The notes under the pieces are model-generated. The model ran no database searches. It saw nothing but the letters and a program-made list of their open reading frames with translations, and was not told the DNA's origin. Below, piece after piece: positions 46,912 to 60,045 of a stretch of 64,000 bases of DNA (its first letter is position 1; each line of letters opens with the position of its first letter). Source of the DNA: the human T2T-CHM13v2.0 reference genome, Homo sapiens. The stretch is taken from the NCBI RefSeq assembly GCF_009914755.1, contig NC_060942.1, one strand, 5' to 3'. The position numbers and the translations under genes are program-made.

Positions 46912-49476
46912 ACCACCAGACAAAGACATTACAAAAAAAGAAAACTACAAAACAGTATCTCTCATGAACATATAAATGCAAAAATCCTCAACAAAATATC
47001 GTAAATTGCATAAAAAGAATCAAATGTATAAAAATGTGTAAAAAATATAAAAAGAATTATATACCATGAACAGGTGGGATTTACCCCAGGTATGTAAGCC
47101 TGAATCGACTTCCAAAAATCAATTCATGTAACCCATCACATTGACAGGCTAAAGAAGAGAAATCACATGATCATAACAATAGCTGCAGAAAAATATTTGA
47201 CAAAATCAAACACCCATTCATTATAACTGCTAGCAAACTAGGAATGAAGGGGAGCATCCTTAACTTCCTTTACAAATACTCTAACAGCTAATATCACACA
47301 TAATGGTGAGGAACTCAAAGCTTTCCTGCTAAGATCAGGAACAAGGCAAAGATATCCCCTCTCACCACTGCTTTTCAATGTTACAAGTCTTAGTTAATAC
47401 ATTAAGACAGGAAAAGGAAATAAAAGGCATACAGATTGGGAGGGAAGAAATAAAACTGTCTTTCTCACAGATGACATGATCATCTATGTAGAAAATCTGA
47501 AAGAATCAACAAAAAAATTCCTGGAACTAATAAGTGATTATAGCAAGGTTGCAGGATACAAGGTTAATATATGAAAGTAAATTGCTGTCCCATATATCAG
47601 CAATGAACAATGAGATTTGAAATTAAAAACACAATACTATTTATATTAGCACCAAAAAATGAAATACTTAAGTGTAAATCTAACAAAATATGTACAAAAT
47701 CTATATGACAAAAACTATAAATCTCTGATGAAAGGTATCAAAGAATTAAATAAATGGAGAGATATTCCATGCTCATGGATAGGAAAACTCAATATTGTCA
47801 AGATATCAGTTCTTCTCAACTTGATCCAGAGATTCAATGCAATTCCAACCAAAATCCCAGAAAGTTATTTTGTGAATATTGACCAACTGATTCTAAAGTG
47901 CATATGAAGAGGCAAGAGGCCCAAAATAACCAATTCAATATTGAAGGAGAAGAACAAAGTTGGAAGACTGATGCTACAGTAACCAAGGTAGTGTGGTATT
48001 AGCAAAAGAAAAATAGAACAGAGTAGAGAGCCCAGAAATAGACCCACATAAAAATACTCAACTGATCTTTGACAAAGGAGCAAAAACAATAAAATAGAGC
48101 TAAGATAGTCTTTTCAACAAATGGTACTGGAACAAGTGGACATTGACATGCTAAAAAATAAATCTAGACACAGACCTTACACCCTCCCCAAAGATTAACT
48201 CAAAATAGCTATATACATAAACGTAAAATGCAAAATTATAAAGCTCCTAGAAGATAACATGGAAGAAAACCTAGATGACCATGGGTATGGTGAGGACGTT
48301 TTAGAGACAACACTAGAGGCACAATCCATAAAATAAATCATTGATAAGCTAGACTTCCTTAAAATATAACACTTCTGCTCTGTGAAAGACAATGCTAAAA
48401 GAATGAAAAGACAGGCCACAGACTGGGAGAAAATATTTGTAAAAAACACATTTGATAAATAACTGTTATCCAAAATATACAAAGAACTCTTGAAGTTAAT
48501 AATAGGAGAACAAGAAACATTACTGAAAAATGAGCAAAAGGCTTTAACACACACCCCGCCAAAGAAGATATACAGAAGGATGGCAGATAAGCTCCACATT
48601 ACATGTCCTCAGGAAAATGTAAATAAAAACAACAGTGAGACACCACAACACACCTATGAGAATGGCTGCATCCAGACCACTGACAACAACAAATGCTGGC
48701 AAGGATGTGGAGCAACAGGAACTCTCATTCATTGCTGGTGGGAATGCAAAATAGTACAGCCACTTTGGAAGACAGTTTGGCAGTTTCTTACAAACAAAAA
48801 CCTACCCTCGCCATATGTTCCTTGAGATTTACCCAAAGGAGCTGGAAACTTTCTGTGTCCACATAAAACCTGCACTTGGATGTTTATAGCAGCTTTATTC
48901 TTAATTGTCAAAACTTGGAAGCAATCAGGATGTATTTCAATAGGTGAAGAGATAAACAGTGGTACATCCAGACAATGGAATATCATTTAGCACTAAAAAG
49001 AAATGAACAACCAAGCCATGAAAACACACAGAGGAATCTTAAATGCATATTACTAAGTGAAAAGAGCCAATCTGAAGAGACTACACACTGCATGATTCCA
49101 AGTAGATGACATTCTGGAAAAGGCAAAACTATGAAGACAGTAAAAACAAATGAGTGGTTGTCAGGGGTTAGAGGGAAGGGGTTATTTTTAGGACAATGAA
49201 ACTACTCTGTATCCTATAACAGTGAATATATGTCATTATACATTTGTCCAAACTCATAGAATATATAACATGCAGAGTGAGCTCCAGTGTAAACTATGGA
49301 CTTTGGATGATCATGATGGGTCAGTGTACCTTCATTGATTGTATAAATGTACTCTCTGGTGGCAGATTTGATGGTAGGGTGGGCTGTGCATACTTGGGGA
49401 CAGGGTATATAATCTCTGTGCCCTCTGCTGAGTTTTGCTGTGATCCTAAAACTGCTCTAAAAAAATTAAGTTTATT
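46912..49476 (+). mobile_element. L1MC1/2-like element, 5'-truncated (decayed ORF2 RT and C-terminus, 3' UTR)
   Basis: ORF 47659-47907 KYLSVNLTKYVQNLY...NKWRDIPCSWIGKLNIVK; GATGACATGAT (RT DD motif) at ~47470; end TTTTGCTGTGATCCTAAAACTGCTCTAAAAAA. Confidence 0.9.
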
Positions 49477-49784
<308 letters not shown>

Positions 49785-50030
49785 TTATTAATTTGAAAAA
49801 TTACCAAAGTAAAATAAAAAATAATGTTGGAGAATTACATTTAGAGTGTGATAATGCACCTATGCACACACAAACACAAAGGAGGAAGGTGCACAGAATT
49901 GTATGGGGAAATAGACAAGGCCCACAAGGGTAGCTGGGGGGACACCCCTGGGGAAGGGGGAGAGAACCAAAGTTGGACATCAGTCAAGGGAACTTTATCT
50001 GTAATATTATATTTTTTAAGGAGAATGAAT

Positions 50031-50344
<314 letters not shown>

Positions 50345-51403
50345 GAATTTATAACTTCTATACTTTACTACTAATTAGAGATAAAAGAATGAAATGAGCT
50401 ATTGCCTGCAAAAAACAAGAAAACACGGTTATATAGTTGCAACTGTCAGTATCCAGATACAGCAGATACTATATGTCTCCTATAAATAACAGCAGCAAAC
50501 AAACAAACAGGAAAATAAAAGAGACATGTAGCTCCTACACCTTTATGACAGATATTGGCTTAGTGGCCAAAATGATTCTGGCACAAGTTGGTAGGGCAAG
50601 GGAAACTTGATGGGACTGGACTGTTTATTAAAATAAAAAGGTAATTCACTCTGCCAAGGTGAAGGCCTTGGCGCTTGAACTTCTCAGAGTAAAGAAGTAG
50701 TGACTTTTGCCTTTTATTTGTTCCTGGGTTTTCAGAAACCAGGAATATCACTTCATTTCCATGTCCTTCTAAAAGCCAGGAAGGTAAGGTGCAAGAGAAT
50801 GACTCCAGGAGAATTTGCTCTCCTTCTAGATCTTTCTTTTTTTTTTAAATGGAACTTTTGTGTTTGTCCTGAGATATTGCAGCAGCTGCTGTGTCTCCAA
50901 GTTGGAGTTAGTCTCCTTTGAGGCTCAGAAAATACCTAGTTCTGCACAAGGGCTCTTTACTGTCCATGGCCATGTGCTCATCTGGTTTTGTGTTGGTGAC
51001 ATTGACACATGAATCTCGAATCTCGGTGGCTTGAAATTGCTGACCACCAAAATCGCTTTTACACACACATACACCGAGAGACGCTCAAGACACTCAGACA
51101 TTCTGTTTCTTTGGTTTAAAGGCCAGAAGTAACTAAAACGAGTTGATTTCTGCCTTTATCAGCTCAGAAGTGGGGCCTTTAAAGAGGCAGGGGCTGGGAA
51201 ATTGGCTGTAAGGCTGTCCACTTAGATTTGGGGCCAAGATTTTCTTTCCAGAAACTTCATGCATAACTGAAAGGTTTCAGGAATCAAATCGTGAGTGTGT
51301 TCCCTGGAGTCCCCCAGATTTAAGTGGGTTGTTTTTCTACCCCTGACATTTGTGTTTCTCCAGACTCTACCTGTGCGGCTGACCCCGCCTCTGCTCTGGG
51401 CTT

Positions 51404-51492
51404 TCTCTTCCTCCTTCCCCTAGTCTTCCTCTTTCCCCTCGTCTTCCTCCTTCCCCTCATCTTCTTCCTTCCCCTCCTCTTCCTCCTTCCCC
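51404..51492. repeat. 18-bp pyrimidine-rich tandem repeat, ~5 copies (TCNTCTTCCTCCTTCCCC)
   Basis: Visible 18-bp period. Confidence 0.9.
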
Positions 51493-52650
51493 GCGGTTCC
51501 ACCTGGTGCCCTGGCGGGGGATACAGGCCACACCACTGCAGATGTCAGAAATAAACATGTACCTCAGGGCAGGTGCCACAAGGTGGAAGTTTTCAGTTGT
51601 TTTCTTTTGGCAAAAAAGAAAAACTGGAAAATGGCCAACGAACCTGCTTTCTTTCCCCCTCCCTTCTCGCAGCGGAACCGTCGTGGGGCTGAGCTGCTGG
51701 AGAGCGGCTTCAGGCCGTGGTCCTAGTGAGCGACGCGCTGGTCTGACTCGAGCACCAACGCTGGCTGCTGCTCGTGTGCGCGGTGATGCCTCCCCCGAGG
51801 CCCAGGGAAGCGCCCCGCCCGCAGGCTTCCCCGCTCGGAGGGGCGCCCGGGGGTGCTGACGCCTGCACTGACTCCACACCTGAGGGCTGGAGGGGACGAG
51901 GGGTGGGCTCCCCCCACCTCCAGGGATGCTGCCGGAGAAACGCCCCCCAGTCTCCATCCTGCTTCTAGAACAGGGGTGAGGCGGTGGAGCCGCTGATCCC
52001 TGACGGTTCTTCCCGGCCATGCGCCCTCCAAGTGGAGAGAGGAGGCGCTCAGGCAGGCCCGGGGGCTCCGCTTAGGACATGCTCAGGACCTTTTTATTTT
52101 TCTACCAGGTGACCACTGCCCCCGGTGCTAACTGCCCCCAGAATGTCCTAAAATGTCCCCTAGTGGTGCTGGAGCGTGTGCCTGGAACACACAGAAATAA
52201 CAGCGGGCTCCTTGGTGCCAGGCGAGGGCGAGCCCAGGAGCCTGCCAAGCCCTCCCTCCTCACCAGGCTCCCTGTGCAGCGCCCGGAGAATAACCAGAGA
52301 GCACGCAAGACTCCTAGCATAGCTGCCTCTCTGACAGGGCAGGGCAGGCCGCCGCCTCCACAGTTCCCTTCCTCTCCCTCCTTCGCGCATCGCTCTTCGT
52401 GCAGCAGATTTCTATTGCTCTGCCACGTCCGAGGCCTCTGTTCCAGGCAAGGTGGGGCAGGGAGGGGATATAGGGCAGACGGCCTGTTTTCAAAGACTTC
52501 CAATCCAGCTGGGAAGGTAAGACCTGCTCCCAGAAGTCAAACATCATAGAAGACAGTGGTGCGTGGTGGCCTAGGGCGGAGCAGGCGGAGCCGGTGGATC
52601 AGGCCTGGAGCACCTGCTCATGTTGGCCGAACACCTCTGGAACCTGCTCA
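51490..52650. promoter_or_regulatory. CpG-island-like GC-rich region (candidate promoter/enhancer)
   Basis: High CpG density in non-repeat sequence; GC boxes CCCCGCCC (~51813) and GGGCGG (~52574); obs/exp ratio not computed. Confidence 0.7.
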
Positions 52651-54942
52651 CTACTGATGCATTTCCGGGACCTGGCTTCCATTGGAAACACTACCGGACG
52701 ACGTGATGCTTTGACTTATTTCATTTGAGGTGTAAATGACTCGCATTGGATCCTTTCTTCATCTATTATTGCATTTCCCTGCAAGTTGCTGAGGAATTTT
52801 CAAAGGAGATTTCTTCCTAAGGACAGGTCTTCACGGGGGAGCTGCATTTAGATCCTCAAGTAGCTGAAGGCCAGGACACAGCCAGCTAGGGCTGGGGCAG
52901 CCGGAGTCCACCTCACCGACTTACCTAATTTCTCTAGGACTGGTTCTGTGATTGCAGAACCGTGGGTTCCTCAGACTGCGTCTGTCTGTCCTTCACCAGG
53001 CCAGGGCCGCTGAGGAGCATGCAGCCTCCTGTGCTCCTGCACCCAGGAGGGAAGCAGAGAACACGGACTGGGTGCCCACGGGAAAGCAGGTGCTGTGGGC
53101 AGGTGGTGGTCAGTGGCCAATGGGATGGGGCAATTTAAGTGGCTCCCTTGAGCAGCCCCGGCCCCAGAGGGAGCCTTGCCGGCGTGAGACACCTGAGACA
53201 GGCAGAGCAGGCACCGGCTAGACCTGTGGGACTGGACTCAGGTTCTGGAATCAGGAGCTTCCTGCTGGATCAGTGACTGGGTGTGGAACTGGTGGCTTGC
53301 CAGGGCTCAGGGACCTATCTTGCCGATCTGGCCACTCCTGTTGAGGGCCTTTTGTGCAGTGGTCAGCATGGTGGTGGGTGTTGACAGGGCATTCATCCAC
53401 CTCCTCAGCCAGTGTGAGCCTTTGCATTGGCTCATGAATTGGGAGGTGCCCACCTGGGCCTCTGGGGGGTGGCCATGGGCAGAAGGGCTGCTTGGTGGCG
53501 GTCTGTGGGATTGTGACCCAGCAACAACACAGAGGGACAAACAGCAGCGAGCGCGGTCCATGGCCATCCAGAGCTTCCCCATCCACAGGCTGTGCTCAGG
53601 AGTCCCTGGCTTACAGGCTCCAGGAGCCCCCACTCTCCTTCACGGCTGATGATCAGACTCAGCAGCCCGAGCTAATGTGGCAAAAGAGGCCCTCAACCTG
53701 CTCCGAGGCTCGCCTGCTCAACCCATTCAATGCTCCTCCTGTTAGTAAGAAACATCTTCGTTCATAAGAAGGCTTCGGTCTTCAACCCCGTCTCTGAAAA
53801 TTTCAAACAATTAGAGAAGATCAATGGAGACACATTTTTTTTTACTCTTTTTAATTTGTTTTTGTTTCATTTAACATTGAGTATCTCTTCTGCAAAAATG
53901 ATAAAGTGTTTTATTCTTGTGTCTGTAATACATGTGGATGCTTCACTGCATTCTCTCAATTACTTACCTGGTTATTTGTTTTTGTTAATGAGCTGCCAAA
54001 TATGAGGATTTTTTACCTTTTGAAGGAGTGTGGACTTTTAGAAAACCCAGGACTATGGAAAATGGTTGAGTCCCTAGAAACTGGGATACACAGGTTCAGT
54101 GAAGCATTCCTTGAATGCCTAGCATGTACAAGGCACTCTCTATCTAGTTTTGCAAAAACACCACCCTCCGCCACCACCAGCATGACAGTAGCCATGAGAA
54201 GTCACCTTAGACCTGAGCAGGAGCTAATGATGGTGAATTACTGTCCCCACCACTGCGGGAGCTCCTGCACCCAGCCTTGAGCAGATCTCATCTTCGTGCA
54301 TTCTTTCCTCCTCAGTCACATTCTGCTGTGCTTACTCTCCCTTTCATCCATGTTCAAGAGCCTGTTCATTTCTTCCTGCTCTTGCTTCCTTTGTGTGTCC
54401 TTCCTCCCTCCTCATGCACACCTGCTCAAGCAGAATGCAAAGAGAAGCACAGAGGAGATGCAGGCCGTTGGACCTGAGTCAGAAACATCCCTGATACGAA
54501 ATCTGACTTCTTTTTCCAAAAGATGATGCTGAAGATGGAGCTGAAGAATTGCTTCCCGCAGGGAGCCTTCCATGATTGACTACATCACACCATCGTCAAT
54601 GTTCTATTCTCTGTCTTCTCGCTGCCAGGGAACTCAATTAGCAGATGTGTCACCTAATAGGTTATCAGTGGAAATATGAGTTCACATCCTGGGTTTGAAA
54701 ACCAAAATTTCACATACCTTTCTTACATGTAGAATAAATAGACCTTTATCTAAGGACCTGAGTGCCTCAAAACATATCATCTTCTGTTTGCTGTCAAGGA
54801 ACCCCTGAGAAGATGCTGAGTTTACTTGAAACTTGATTTCAAATTATTTCTTGTATGTTCATTTTCATGTGGTATCATTCTTTCCAACTCAACCAGCTCT
54901 TGAGGGGCAGGAATTATTCATGTATCTATATATCATCCTCTA

Positions 54943-55008
54943 CCCTTCCCCTCCTCTTCCTCCTTCTCCTCCTTTTCCTCCTTCCCCTCGTCTTCCTCCT
55001 TCCCCTCC
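54943..55008. repeat. 18-bp pyrimidine-rich repeat, ~3.5 copies
   Basis: Same unit as 51404-51492. Confidence 0.8.
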
Positions 55009-57399
55009 TACCCAATATTGCTGGCGTAATGTCTGGATTTCTGTTTCTGTGAACAGAAACACTTCATTAAGAGAGAGTTCTGGAAATGGAACTGCCTACT
55101 TAGTTTTGTCCACTCTGGTCACTGGAATATTGATGTTCATATTCTGCTTGCCTGGACACAATCCAGGAATTTTTGTGTTAATAGCATCTGGAGGAGTTCT
55201 TAGATTATTTATTAAGATAAAAGAAATTGTTAAGGATGTCTTGAAAATGCACTCATTAGAATATACAGGCTCATTAAAGAAACAGTTAGAAATGAACTGG
55301 AATTAGTTACCTGGAACCTAATGTTGTCTCTGCCAGTTACTATCTTAGTTAATTGGGAAAGTTCTCTTCTGGCCTTCAATTTCGTCATCTTTCAAAGAAG
55401 GGAGTTGGAGTAGAAACGCTTTGGTGTGATGAAATAAACATTACATTTAGAATCGTAGCAGGTTCCCAATAAGCATTTACAGCATGAATTAATGAATTTG
55501 GGTTTACATCCAGCCTCTAGCTGTGTGTCTTACTAGCAGTGAGAAGGAAATTATTAATTTATCAAGAATCACAGCTATTCTTCTACTCAACGGAAATAGC
55601 AATAGCATAATAAGGTGGTGGCAAAGGTGCTAGCAGCTAGTGAATATGGGCATATGATATGGATCTGTTATCTAGAGTACACAGCAGGTGCTCAATCCAT
55701 ATTACAGTTGCATTGACATAAAGACATCAAAACCCTAAATATCCAGTGATAGATTAGAGACACTGGTTCTTTACGGATTCTCGTGGGGTGGTTGTAGACG
55801 CCTGTGAGGTGTTGTGGATGAATGACCATCTCCAGGACGCCAGTACACGCATGGGGGACCCATGGTTACAGACTCCATCCTGTGAGTAATCAGAGCTCAT
55901 CCTAAGAAACCTGAGGTGGCACCCAGGTGTTCCTGGATGCATTTCTGCCATCGGGGGTGACACTGCTTTATCTGCAGAGTAGTGGGAGCCATTGAGAGGT
56001 TCTTCCATTTGCCGAAGTCTTCCGATATGGTGACTCAGATCAAATTCACTTTGCCAAGGTCATCCTCCTAACTCACGTCCGGGTATCCTCATGCTCCCTG
56101 AAAGGCACCTACAGTGAGGACCGGCTCCTTGGAGCCCTGTGGTGCCCTGGGATGGTGCCTTGGCATCCAGTGTGCAGCTCCCATCTCCAGGTGGGTGCTG
56201 CCACAACCAGCAAAGGGAAGAAGACAGAAAAGGCGGAGACTTTCTGAAGCTGACAAGTGAGATTCGGAGAGAGGATGGAGAGACCCTCTGATGCCAACAT
56301 TGGAGCATATCCTTTCACACATATGTCACGTCTAAGTATGTATTTGTGCAAATGGCAAAAGAGGAGCCCAGGAGGATAAGAAGAGGAACTTGCAGAGAAA
56401 TAAGTGGATATAACAGAGTGGATCTGACTTCACAGGCAAATGACAGGCGAATCATTTTGTTGGGAGATAGCTTCATGTACTTTCTAAATGCTTTATAAGA
56501 GTGTCCTTCTATTTTTGGCAGACATGATGTTTGTCTGTGGTGTTGCATTGTTTTCATGGAATCACTGCACCTTCTAAGGTTCTCAAACTTCCTTACGAAA
56601 TCTCTTTGCTAGTTAGTGATACACTCTGTCCTTTAAGGAAAGCAAAACACAAGACCCAGAACATCTCGCTCTAGAGCACAAGAGCTCTCTCTGTGACATC
56701 GGGGTGACAAACTAGTCTTTTATTTCCATGAGCCCTCCTCTTTCTCAGACACTCTTCATGCATATATAGTGTTTTACTGTGTGTTATTTGTATTTGAAGG
56801 GTTTTCAGTTAAGCGAAAGAATTTCTTTACAATGTTCTTAGAGCAAATTTTGTTAATCAGCTAAGCCCTAATCAGGTTTGCTTTCTGACAGTGATGATTA
56901 CCAGGGGCCTGAAAGAACAAGGCTCAAACTACTCACAATCTCCTAGTGGCAGAAAACCCCATATTAGCACTGACCCACTGTAATGGCTAGGCTCATAGGC
57001 AGTGTGGCTCATCAGCTGGCATGGCTCTTCAGCTGTGATTGAAACAAAAGGGTGGTTCTCAGGGCACCTGGGTGTGCTGGGGATGGCAAAGCCATGGAGG
57101 TTGTGGTCAGGGAAGAACTGGGATCTTGCACATGGGTGCAGCCAGCATTCCCGACACAAACACAGCTCTTGTTTGCTGCAGGGGAGTTGGACCTGTTATT
57201 CCACAGAAATGTTTTATATCTCTGAAGTAACAGAGTTTATTTAACATGTGGTTAGTCCCTCTCCACCTATGAAAAGTGAGTACACTTTCTCATCCTCTCT
57301 TATATCAGTCTGACTTCAAAAGTCCACTCCTAGTTAGAGAAATCAAAACACCCATTGCATCATATTTCGCCATTGTGTGAGACAACTATAAGATGTTAC

Positions 57400-57640
57400 C
57401 AAAAAAGCACTGGATTAGGAATCAGGAGACCTGGGACCCACCCCCAGCTCTGCCAAGAAGGGCTGTCCCCACTTGCCCAAGTCTGTTCAAGCTCTCAGAA
57501 CCTCATTTTTTCTGCTCGTCAAAGATGATACAAACGCCTGCTTTTCCTATTACCTGAGATTATTGTGAGAATCAAAATAAGAATGAGTTGGGAACAGGGC
57601 TTTGTGAACTTTACACACCATATAAATAAAAAGTATTATC
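57400..57640 (+). mobile_element. MIR
   Basis: AAGCACTGGATTAGGAATCAGGAGACCTGGG...CTCTCAGAACCTCATTTTTTCT...TTGTGAGAATCAAAATAAGA. Confidence 0.7.
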
Positions 57641-57970
57641 TTACTTTTTCCCCTGTCGGCTTATACAGAAATTTCTGCTTCTAAAGTCCAACCTGAGAAG
57701 TCTCAGAAACGGACTTGATGTTAATTAATTGTGTGGAAAGTGGAGGTGCATTTTATGACGTCACAAGGAATCACTTCGTTTCTGCAATGGGAGCCCTCAC
57801 GCTGTCGCTTCCCCAGGAGCAGGCGTTTCCCTGGTTGGTGTCTGAGCTCCAGACAATCGGGGCAAAGGCTTTTCTTGTCCCACCATAGACAGGCTTCTTG
57901 GGGAAGGTTATATCTAGCCTCGAAGGCTATCAGCGTCAGTCATGCTTATTTTGATTTGAATGTGCCGTGA

Positions 57971-58492
<522 letters not shown>

Positions 58493-59012
58493 CCTTTCTG
58501 GTAACAACATAGTTATGATGTGGACTGAGGCTGATTAACAAATACCACTTGTTCACAAAACAAATGTTTTTCAGTGAAGTTGTAAGTTTTACCATCACTT
58601 TTAGCAAACGGATACAGTGTTTTGTTTCTTTACTGAACTGTACAGTTTTGTTTTTCTGAGGGGATTTCTTTATACAAGTTAACTGTTCCTATTTGACCAC
58701 TTCCATGTCTGAATCTACACACGGGTTTAAGCGAATTTCTTTTGTTGTTGTTTAAAATATTGAGTTACTTCTGGTTTCCCTAAATATTTTATTTTACAAA
58801 TTGTTTTTCTTAAAATGGTACACAGACACCCATCTTACAAACACTGGGCAATATGAAGTGTTTTGTTGTAACTGTCAAGATATATTTTATATTTTTATTT
58901 TTATATTTTTATATTATAATTTTATATTTTTTTCCTCTTAAGCTACTCAGAAAGAAAAAGAATTGTTTTAACATAAATACTGTCAACTAAGAGGCTCTAA
59001 GCATGTGACATT

Positions 59013-60045
59013 CGTATCAGTCAGGCTTCTCCTGAGAAACCGAACCCATAGGACATGTGCATATATGGGATACGTGCGTATATGGGGCACGTGCGTATAT
59101 TGGACAAGTGCGTATATTGGACAAGTGCATATATGGGGCACGTGTGTATATGGGCCACGTGTGTATATGGGACATGTGCATATATGGGACATGTGCATAT
59201 ATGGCACACATGCGTATATGGGACACGTGCATATATTGGACACGTGCTTATACTGGACACGTGCAGATGTAGGACACGTGCATACGTAGGACACATGCGT
59301 ATATGGGACATGTGCGTATATTGGACAAGTGCATATATGGGCCACGTGCATATATGGGCCACGTGCGTATATGGGACACGTGCGTATATGGGACACGTGC
59401 GTATATGTGACACGTGCAGATGTAGGACACGTGCGTATGTAGGACACGTGCATATATGGGACATGTGCGTATATTGGACAAGTGCATATATGGGGCACAT
59501 GCATATATGGGCCACGTGCGTATATGGGACATGTGTGTATATCGGACACGTGCGTATGTAGGACACATGCGTATATTGGACATGTGCGTATATGGGACAC
59601 GTGCATATATGGGGCAGGGAAAGAGGGCGACTGATGCAAGGCATTGATGCACCCATTTGTGGGGCCTGGTGGGTCTGCAGTCTGTAGGACAGGCCAGCAG
59701 CCCCAGTTAGGGAGGCGTCAATGCAGCCATCTTGAGTCGAGACTCCACAGGGCAGCGGGCCAGACACTCAGGTAGGGTTTCTAAGTTGCAATTGTGGGGA
59801 TCCCATCTCTAAGGGCCCTAGGGGATCTCATCTCTGAGGGCCTTTAGTCTTTCCTGGTAGGGCCTTCAACTGATGGGACGAGGCCCACCCGCACGACCGA
59901 GAACAATGCGCTTTACTCCAAGTCCACTGAATTCAATGCTCATTGCACCTAAAAAACACCTTCACGGTGACATCTAGGCTGGTATTTGACCAAAAAGTTT
60001 GGCACAATAGCCTAGCCAAGTTGACACATAAAATTAATCCTCACA
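59013..60045 (-). mobile_element. MLT2 (ERVL) solo LTR containing an expanded minisatellite
   Basis: GTATCAGTCAGGCTTCTCC...CCCATAGGA at the left; TAGCCTAGCCAAGTTGACACATAAAATTAATCCTCACA at the right. Confidence 0.85.
59051..59613. repeat. 17-bp minisatellite GGACACGTGC(A/G)TATATG, ~33 copies
   Basis: Visible 17-bp period with occasional 18-bp units. Confidence 0.96.

Noticed and set aside
59051-59613. Possible CRISPR-like array
   Set aside because: Contiguous tandem units with no unique spacers, no cas genes and a primate context.
58983-59767. 218-248 aa C/H/Y-rich ORFs that look like metal-binding repeats
   Set aside because: Products of the 17-bp minisatellite; open on both strands and in several frames.
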